Virus record (IMG/VR): IMGVR_UViG_3300033146_001635
Span: 30,584-94,583 of that record
Strand: one strand, 5' to 3'
Length of the DNA stretch: 64,000 nucleotides
DNA from: a virus
Positions 30,558 through 37,675 of this stretch are shown piece by piece. The translations under genes were made by a program, and so were the position numbers. How positions within the stretch are numbered: position 1 is the stretch's first letter; each line of letters opens with the position of its first letter. The notes under the pieces are model-generated. The model did not search any database. It had not been told where the DNA came from and worked only from the letters and a program-made list of their open reading frames with translations.

Positions 30558-31082
30558 ATGATAGAAGCAGCAGATTATATAACAATTACAGAATGTTCAA
30601 AATTATTTAATTTGAATCCATCTACTGTTAAAACATATATAGGTGGACCTGATTATCCAGGTTTTAGATGGAGTAAAAAAAGAGTATATAAAGTCTTAAA
30701 AACATATCAACGAAATTGTGCTAAATGTGGAAAACCATTTATTCTACATAAAAATAATACTAAACATTCAACACTTTGTGCAGAATGTAGAATAATAAAA
30801 AAAGTAAAAGTATACAAACGAATATGTCCCAAATGCAAACAACCATTCACAACAAAAATAAAAGAAAATAAAATCTGTTTCCAATGTTTGTCTAATCCTT
30901 CTATTAACAAAAAAAATGATCCATTTGGTGTAATGAGAAAACCAACTTATCGTGGGAGAACATGCCCTTGTGGAAGTGGTATTCCATTACCAACTGGTAT
31001 ATATAGATGCAATGAATGTAATGACAAATTTCAATATGAAAGAAATGAGTATGTAGATGATTTTGTTTATTATTTTAACTAA
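30558..31082 (+). CDS. HTH plus multi-CxxC Zn-finger protein (putative regulator)
   Basis: ITITECSKLFNLNPSTVKTY HTH; several CxxC pairs; GGAGG RBS. Confidence 0.65.
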   Translation: MIEAADYITITECSKLFNLNPSTVKTYIGGPDYPGFRWSKKRVYKVLKTYQRNCAKCGKPFILHKNNTKHSTLCAECRIIKKVKVYKRICPKCKQPFTTKIKENKICFQCLSNPSINKKNDPFGVMRKPTYRGRTCPCGSGIPLPTGIYRCNECNDKFQYERNEYVDDFVYYFN

Positions 31083-31091
31083 GAGGAAATA

Positions 31092-31616
31092 ATGTTAAAT
31101 TTAGCTATTGAATACGCAACTGAAAAACACAAAAATCAAAAAAGAAAATATATTAATTTACCATATATTATACATCCATTAACTGTTATGGAAATTATCC
31201 GAGGTACAGTTGAGAATCACACAGAAGAAATGCTATGTGCAGCTGTATTACATGATGTAGTTGAAGATACAGATACCACAATTATAGATATTAAAAATAA
31301 TTTTGGTGAAGATGTTGCGGAATATGTATATTATTTAACAGATATTTCCAAACCATCTGATGGTAATAGAAAAATTAGAAAAGAATTAGATAGACAGCAT
31401 ATAGCAAAAGCGGGATATGAAGCACAAACAATTAAATTAGCTGATTTAATTGACAATTCTGCTTCTATTCTTTTATATGATAAAAATTTCTCTGTAGTAT
31501 ATATTAAAGAAAAAATGAAACTTTTAGAAGTTTTAACAAAAGGTGACAAAAGACTTTTAGAAGTTGCTAATCAAATTGTAATGGATTATTATTTACAAAA
31601 AAATATAATTACATAA
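31092..31616 (+). CDS. HD-domain small alarmone ((p)ppGpp) hydrolase, Mesh1/SAH-like
   Basis: H..QKRK...PYIIHP...AAVLHDVVEDT...IKLADLIDN. Confidence 0.85.
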   Translation: MLNLAIEYATEKHKNQKRKYINLPYIIHPLTVMEIIRGTVENHTEEMLCAAVLHDVVEDTDTTIIDIKNNFGEDVAEYVYYLTDISKPSDGNRKIRKELDRQHIAKAGYEAQTIKLADLIDNSASILLYDKNFSVVYIKEKMKLLEVLTKGDKRLLEVANQIVMDYYLQKNIIT

Positions 31617-31693
31617 CAAGGGAGGGTGATGCCATGTACCTTTATTTTCATCCCATCTGACGTATTAACCTTTAAAAAAAAAGGAGTTTTTGG

Positions 31694-32011
31694 ATGGGTA
31701 AAACAATTAGAAGGAAGAATTCTAAACCGGATTATCTGCTCAATTACCATGACCCCATGTTCGACCACAATGAGGCGAAGTGGTATTGGAGAAATCATCA
31801 GATTAAATATATGGGCAAAGAGCATCAGCGCCGTATTGCCCGATATTTTTCTGATGCCGGAACTACGATGAATCAGGCCCCTAGTTGGTATAGGAAAATG
31901 TTGAATCGTAAATTCCGTCGCAAGAATTCGCATATTCTTGTGAAAATCCAGAAAGGGCATGATAAAGAATTCATCCCGTTTAAGAAAAATCTTCTGTGGT
32001 TGTGGTGGTAA
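31694..32011 (+). CDS. Small basic hypothetical protein
   Basis: 105 aa, AAGGAG RBS, followed by terminator. Confidence 0.7.
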   Translation: MGKTIRRKNSKPDYLLNYHDPMFDHNEAKWYWRNHQIKYMGKEHQRRIARYFSDAGTTMNQAPSWYRKMLNRKFRRKNSHILVKIQKGHDKEFIPFKKNLLWLWW

Positions 32012-32027
32012 GTATTGTTTACCACCA

Positions 32028-32080
32028 GAAATCTCCCCATTATTCTATTAATTTAGAATGATGGGGAGATTTTCTTTTTT
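32028..32080 (+). terminator. Intrinsic terminator
   Basis: AAATCTCCCCAT...ATGGGGAGATTT followed by T-run. Confidence 0.75.
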
Positions 32081-32089
32081 GGAGGTTAA

Positions 32090-33031
32090 ATGTATACAAC
32101 AATTGATAGTATCAATAATGTGCTTACATCATATAAAAATGGAAACTACAATGTTATTATTTTAAAAGATGGTACTAAAATTAGACAAACAATTGATAAT
32201 GAATTTCAACCAGATTTTCCAGAATCAATGGATGTTAAAATAACAAATAGATGTGATTTAAATTGTAATTATTGCCATGAAAATTCTGTAGAAAATGGTC
32301 GGCATTGTAATATTGAACAATTAATTTCAGTTTTAAAAAATTTTCCAGTACCCGGTGTTGAATTAGCCATTGGTGGTGGTAATCCATTGGAACATCCATA
32401 TCTTATTGATTTTTTACAATGGGCTAAATCTAATGGATTTATTTGTAATTTAACAATAAATGGTAAACACATAAATCATATTTTAAATAAAATTATAGAA
32501 AAAAATCTAATTCATGGATTAGGTATTTCATATACAAATGAAACAGAAAAATTAATTGAATATCCCCACACAGTCTGTCATTTAATTGCAGGTATTCATT
32601 CTATTAAGAATATTCAACATGCATTAGATATATATGGAAAAGTTTTAATTCTTGGATATAAAAATGTAGGGAGAGGATCTACTTTTGGAGTTAAAAACAA
32701 TAAAGAAATAAATAATAATATTCTACAATTATCAAATAATTTATGGAAATTATTTCAACACGAAGGTATTATAAGTTTTGATTGTTTAGCAATTGACCAA
32801 TTACATTTAAAAAAATATTTTACTAACCATGAATGGGAAACATTTTATATGGGCGATGATGGAAAGTTTTCTATGTATTTTGATGCTGTTAATATGATAT
32901 ATGGTAGAAGTTCAACATTACAACACAGAGAAATGGAATTTTGTAAAGATATTCATATATTTAACTTTTTTAAAAAAATATCCAATATAAAAAGAGACAT
33001 AGATGAGGTGATTAATAATGTTAATAAATAA
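32090..33031 (+). CDS. Radical SAM protein
   Basis: CDLNCNYCHE (CxxxCxxC), ELAIGGGNP, NLTING. Confidence 0.9.
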   Translation: MYTTIDSINNVLTSYKNGNYNVIILKDGTKIRQTIDNEFQPDFPESMDVKITNRCDLNCNYCHENSVENGRHCNIEQLISVLKNFPVPGVELAIGGGNPLEHPYLIDFLQWAKSNGFICNLTINGKHINHILNKIIEKNLIHGLGISYTNETEKLIEYPHTVCHLIAGIHSIKNIQHALDIYGKVLILGYKNVGRGSTFGVKNNKEINNNILQLSNNLWKLFQHEGIISFDCLAIDQLHLKKYFTNHEWETFYMGDDGKFSMYFDAVNMIYGRSSTLQHREMEFCKDIHIFNFFKKISNIKRDIDEVINNVNK

Positions 33032-33575
33032 ACGTATTGGTATATTTGAAACAAATTCATCTTCTTCTCATTCAGTATCTGTTTCTATAAACAATAATAA
33101 TTTAAAATGTTGTTTAAAAAAATATGATGAAGATGGTTTTATAGTTATCCGTACTGAGGGTGGTGAATTTGGATGGGAGGTTGATTACTTTCAAGACGCT
33201 GAAACAAAATTATCATATTTGATTACATATATTTTTAGAAATTTTGATATATCAGATATAGATGAAGATATAAATAAAATGACACCTAGTGAACAATGTA
33301 AGATATTAAACAGTTTAAATTTACCAAAATACCTAAATAAATCAGATTATGAATTATATCAGAAATTAGAAAAAATAATTTGTAAATTTTGCACATGTGA
33401 TAAATTACGAGTAGAAATAAAATCTAAATTTTATCTTTTTGGATATATCGACCATCAGAGCACAAATATAGCATATGATATATTACAATCTAATGAAGAA
33501 TATATTTTAAATTTTATTTTTAATCCAGAATCTATCTTAAAAACTGACAATGATAATCGATGGGATATACAATGA
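33018..33575 (+). CDS. Hypothetical protein with FETNSSSSHS motif (radical SAM partner)
   Basis: RIGIFETNSSSSHS...GEFGWE...KLSYL...GYIDHQS; overlaps radical SAM gene. Confidence 0.65.
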   Translation: MLINKRIGIFETNSSSSHSVSVSINNNNLKCCLKKYDEDGFIVIRTEGGEFGWEVDYFQDAETKLSYLITYIFRNFDISDIDEDINKMTPSEQCKILNSLNLPKYLNKSDYELYQKLEKIICKFCTCDKLRVEIKSKFYLFGYIDHQSTNIAYDILQSNEEYILNFIFNPESILKTDNDNRWDIQ

Positions 33576-34336
33576 ATAAAATATATTGTAATAAATGTAA
33601 AATTGCAATGAAACCTGGTATTGCATTAGAAGAAAATATATCAGCAGGAATACCAGATTTTATTGGTGATGACCAAATTGATAATCTTGATTTACGGGGT
33701 CAGACCTTATCACCAGATGGAACAGCGCATATTATAAACTGTTGGAAATGTCCATCTTGTGGGCATAGTATTTTGATTGGAAGAGATAAAATATTAGAAC
33801 TAAAATATGATAAAATTGCTATATGTGGATATGCATGTGCTGGAAAATCCGAAGTATATAAATTTTTAAAATCTATTACAAAAGATTCTATTCATATTCA
33901 TCTTCTTAAATTTGCTGAACCTCATTATCAAGTTTTAAATATATTACAACAAGAAACTAAAAATAGATTATTTCTACAAGATTTTAGTGATTTGGCTAAA
34001 AAATATTTTGGAAAAGATATTTTTGTTAAAATATTTCTTCAAAAAGCAAAACATGATATGTATATTCAATATACAGTATGTGATGACCTAAGATATAAAA
34101 TAGAATTTGATGCTGTTAAAGAAAATGGGTGGTTTACTATTTTTGTAGATGCAGATGAAAATCTAAGAAAACAAAGAAGTGATGAATTGGGTTATGTATG
34201 GAATCCTAATCATAATTCTGAAAAAGAATTACATTTATTTAAAAACCAATGTGATGCTATTTTTGATAATAATTCATCTTTTCAACATTTATATAATCAA
34301 ATTATGCAAACTTGTGTTAAGGAAGGATATGTGTAA
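33560..34336 (+). CDS. Deoxynucleoside monophosphate kinase with N-terminal Zn-ribbon-like insert
   Basis: IAICGYACAGKS, KFAEP, DDLRYKIE, HNSE; alternative start 33572. Confidence 0.8.
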   Translation: MGYTMNKIYCNKCKIAMKPGIALEENISAGIPDFIGDDQIDNLDLRGQTLSPDGTAHIINCWKCPSCGHSILIGRDKILELKYDKIAICGYACAGKSEVYKFLKSITKDSIHIHLLKFAEPHYQVLNILQQETKNRLFLQDFSDLAKKYFGKDIFVKIFLQKAKHDMYIQYTVCDDLRYKIEFDAVKENGWFTIFVDADENLRKQRSDELGYVWNPNHNSEKELHLFKNQCDAIFDNNSSFQHLYNQIMQTCVKEGYV

Positions 34337-34521
34337 TGGCTAAAACTAAAAAAAATGAAAAAAAAGAATTTAAAAGTTTGGCTGAAAAAATGAAAGAAGA
34401 TAAAAATTTTTTAGATTTATGTAACAAAGCAGAATATGAACCTAATAAAAGACAATATTCCAAATATTTAATGAAAAAAGGACTTGTGTATAAAACACAA
34501 GTCCTCAAAGTAGAACTGTAA
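34336..34521 (+). CDS. Small basic hypothetical protein
   Basis: 61 aa, coupled to upstream stop. Confidence 0.6.
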   Translation: MAKTKKNEKKEFKSLAEKMKEDKNFLDLCNKAEYEPNKRQYSKYLMKKGLVYKTQVLKVEL

Positions 34522-34563
34522 GAAACTGGCCCCTATATATCTTTCTTTATAGGGGCCAGTTTC
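34521..34563. terminator. Bidirectional intrinsic terminator
   Basis: AGAAACTGGCCCCTATA / TATAGGGGCCAGTTTCT between convergent genes. Confidence 0.8.
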
Positions 34564-34564
34564 T

Positions 34565-34984
34565 CTAAGTTAGCTTACCGGGAATGATAGTAATCTCCCC
34601 AGAATAATTCTCCCACGTATCTTTCATTCTTTGAATTACGTCCGATGGGACGTTATGAATTGATTCAAATTCCCCCTGGATGCTATATATATAGCATGGT
34701 ATATGTAGCTTATTAGCTAAATCTACATATTTAAAAACCTCCCAACACTTTACAAAAGTATTGGCAACAACAACACCAAAACCATTATTCAAATAAATTT
34801 CGGTTGTTTTAAAACACCAATCATGTGCTGACACTATGTTTTCTGGTTTATACTGATACACCCCACATACCATGTGATACATATCAGCTTCCAGTAACAT
34901 ATGATCAGAAAAATGATTTTTAGCATAAGTTGACTTACCAGATCCAGGAATTCCCCTAAGTAAAACCAATTCTGTGCGTTTCAT
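34565..34984 (-). CDS. AAA_33 / polynucleotide kinase-like P-loop protein
   Basis: LLRGIPGSGKST, EAD, VVANT, HNVP. Confidence 0.85.
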   Translation of the reverse strand: MKRTELVLLRGIPGSGKSTYAKNHFSDHMLLEADMYHMVCGVYQYKPENIVSAHDWCFKTTEIYLNNGFGVVVANTFVKCWEVFKYVDLANKLHIPCYIYSIQGEFESIHNVPSDVIQRMKDTWENYSGEITIIPGKLT

Positions 34985-35067
34985 AAAACCTCCTTGTTAA
35001 AGTTAAATCAAAGATTATTTTTAAAAATAAATATATATAGCTAAACAGTTTAAATAAGGAAATAATT

Positions 35068-35358
35068 ATGGATGTAAATGAATTTGTCGAATGTATAAAT
35101 TGGATTGATAGATGTTTATTTCCTGAAGATTTTATTAATGATTTAGTATCTTTGGGAATGGATATAGATCTAGCTAATCATATTATATGGAATTTATATA
35201 AAACTAAACAATTATCTATTATGAACTGCTATAAATATTTTCGAAGTGATATGGGAGATAAAAATATTATTCTTAAATATATAACAAATAATTACAAAAA
35301 CTTCCAATTATATAAATCAGGAGATAACAAGGATGGATCTCAATATACCAAATCCTAA
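35068..35358 (+). CDS. Hypothetical protein
   Basis: 96-aa ORF with AAGGA RBS. Confidence 0.6.
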   Translation: MDVNEFVECINWIDRCLFPEDFINDLVSLGMDIDLANHIIWNLYKTKQLSIMNCYKYFRSDMGDKNIILKYITNNYKNFQLYKSGDNKDGSQYTKS

Positions 35359-35890
35359 TATGGAATATGCCTCTGTTATAATGGATTTAAAAATTAAAGT
35401 TTTAAAAGATGTATTTAAAATGGATAAAGAAATATTAGACAAATATTATCCATCACAATTGCCAAAAAACGAAAATGAAATATTGCCAAAAGATGTATGG
35501 CAAAATTATATGTTGGAGTCTTTTTATATGCAGTTTACTCCAACATTTTATAAACAAGATAAACCATGTGTATACACAGATTGTATGATTTTTGATGCTT
35601 TCTGTACAACATATGATAGTTGCCCTTTTTGTATAGCAAATCGAATTAGAAATATTAAATATCCGGGAGAGGGAAAGGGAATTTGTTATACATGTTCATA
35701 TGGTAAAAATTTCGGAATTTGTACCAAGATGTATTCATCATATAATTCCGCAATATATATAAAAAATGATAAAAAAAAATCAATCGATTCAAAAATTATA
35801 TTTGATAAATTTATCGAATCAATTGATTTAACTCGTAACCACGAAATTGTTAAACAATTCTGTAAACAATATGGACTAGAAAAATTTTAA
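35333..35890 (+). CDS. Cys-rich hypothetical protein
   Basis: CPFC, CYTC, GIC motifs; AGGAG upstream. Confidence 0.6.
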   Translation: MDLNIPNPNMEYASVIMDLKIKVLKDVFKMDKEILDKYYPSQLPKNENEILPKDVWQNYMLESFYMQFTPTFYKQDKPCVYTDCMIFDAFCTTYDSCPFCIANRIRNIKYPGEGKGICYTCSYGKNFGICTKMYSSYNSAIYIKNDKKKSIDSKIIFDKFIESIDLTRNHEIVKQFCKQYGLEKF

Positions 35891-35915
35891 CATTATATAA
35901 TAGGGAGTATATTTC

Positions 35916-36401
35916 ATGGCTACTTGTGATGTACCCGGGGCCAACCCCAATAACAATGACGAATTACATCCCGGATGTTGGGCTGAAGCTGATGACAACT
36001 CTTTAATTTATGTCGAAGGAGTATCAGAAACTGAGAATATTGTTATTTATTCGATATTTGATTTAACTGACCCAAACAACCCTCTGGAATTTAGAGATTC
36101 AATGCCGATAGATGGTTTTGAACAAATATTTAAAAACAGTCCCGATACTTGGACATGGCATGACAAAACAGCTTTTCCGTGGCAAAAAATCATGTCCATT
36201 TTTAAAGATGGTTCCAAAGTACCAAGTGCTGACCAATTGATCAGTGCAGCCCAAAGGATTGTTAAAACAAGAAAAATATATAAATCAAATAAAATAAAAA
36301 AAGATGATATTAAAGAAAAAATTGATAATAGCTACATAACAAAAACAGGCCATGTGATTATTGATAAAATTCAAAGGGCTTTAAATGAATTAAGGAAATA
36401 A
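35916..36401 (+). CDS. Hypothetical protein
   Basis: 161 aa; GGGAG RBS. Confidence 0.7.
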   Translation: MATCDVPGANPNNNDELHPGCWAEADDNSLIYVEGVSETENIVIYSIFDLTDPNNPLEFRDSMPIDGFEQIFKNSPDTWTWHDKTAFPWQKIMSIFKDGSKVPSADQLISAAQRIVKTRKIYKSNKIKKDDIKEKIDNSYITKTGHVIIDKIQRALNELRK

Positions 36402-36404
36402 TCT

Positions 36405-36722
36405 ATGGAAGAACTAATAAGTGGAAAATCAATTCAACGTACAGATATGGAATGCACTGAATGTTATAAAAATTTCATAGCAGAACTTGATTATTCAATT
36501 AATGGTAATCATGTTATCGAATGTCCTTTATGTGGACACGAACATTGTAGAGTTATAGAAAATGGAAAAATAACTAGCGATAGATGGGATTCTCGTAAGC
36601 AACGAGTAAATGCCAAAACAAGAAGAGTTTGGAAAGATTCAGTTTTACAAATTAAAACATCTGCGGCATCTGCATTTATACGTAATAGATGGCTGAATCT
36701 TAATGAAGAAGGTTCATTATGA
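36405..36722 (+). CDS. Zn-ribbon protein
   Basis: CTEC...CPLCGHEHC. Confidence 0.65.
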   Translation: MEELISGKSIQRTDMECTECYKNFIAELDYSINGNHVIECPLCGHEHCRVIENGKITSDRWDSRKQRVNAKTRRVWKDSVLQIKTSAASAFIRNRWLNLNEEGSL

Positions 36723-37312
36723 GCAACACTCAGATAAGAATACCATACCAAGTGCCAATAAATTATTCTATTACATCTTCCACAGATACAAATTTGACAA
36801 CAACATCAACATCAACATATCCATACATCACTATTGATACAGATACATATAATTATATCACCAATGTAATAGGATTAAATAAAAATAATTCATATAAATT
36901 ACCTAATGGTGGTACATTAAAAATTGATGAATTAGGTAATTTCAAAATTATAGAAAATAACAATATTACTTACAAATCTTGTAATATAAGAGAATTTAAT
37001 AAATACATTAATGCCAGTGATCTTTTGGAAGGATTTATCAATTTTCTCGGAGAGCAAGGCATGAAACAAATAGATGTATTGAAAACTCCGATTGAGATTT
37101 TTATAACTTGGTTAATATTTAAAGCAGCAGAACAAGATAAGATAGATGAAGAAACAACCTTAAAAGAATTGGAAGATAAAACAAAACAATTAAAACATTC
37201 AAATAGATGCTTGTTTTGTGGAAAATTTATTTCTAAAAAGTTTAAAAAATTAGGAATAAATTTTTGCAATACATTGCACTTAGAACGATATATGGAAAAG
37301 GTTCACATATGA
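36719..37312 (+). CDS. Hypothetical protein with C-terminal Zn finger
   Basis: CLFCGKF...FCNTLH; ATGA overlap. Confidence 0.65.
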   Translation: MSNTQIRIPYQVPINYSITSSTDTNLTTTSTSTYPYITIDTDTYNYITNVIGLNKNNSYKLPNGGTLKIDELGNFKIIENNNITYKSCNIREFNKYINASDLLEGFINFLGEQGMKQIDVLKTPIEIFITWLIFKAAEQDKIDEETTLKELEDKTKQLKHSNRCLFCGKFISKKFKKLGINFCNTLHLERYMEKVHI

Positions 37313-37629
37313 TTTTCGATTTGAAAATAACATTTGTTTTAGAACATAATAATGATCCTCCTTTTATAAGAGGTGATTATCATATATGTATTTCAAATAT
37401 ACGCAATAACAATGGAGTTATTATGGATAATGGCCATGTGCATGCTTATTATGAACATGGTATTCAATTATTTAAAGATGAAAACTGCACTATATCTGAT
37501 ACATTATTTAATAAATTAAAAAACTATTTAGAAGAAGATCCATTTAAATATGATTCAATTTTTGAAAAAGCTATTGAAAAATTTAATAATCAATTTCAAT
37601 TGTTTTATGAAGAAAACAATATAAACTAA
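37309..37629 (+). CDS. Hypothetical protein
   Basis: ATG 37309 overlaps upstream TGA (track start 37264). Confidence 0.6.
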   Translation: MIFDLKITFVLEHNNDPPFIRGDYHICISNIRNNNGVIMDNGHVHAYYEHGIQLFKDENCTISDTLFNKLKNYLEEDPFKYDSIFEKAIEKFNNQFQLFYEENNIN

Positions 37630-37675
37630 AATAAACAAAAAAATATAATTTGATTATCGAATGTTAAATTTATTA

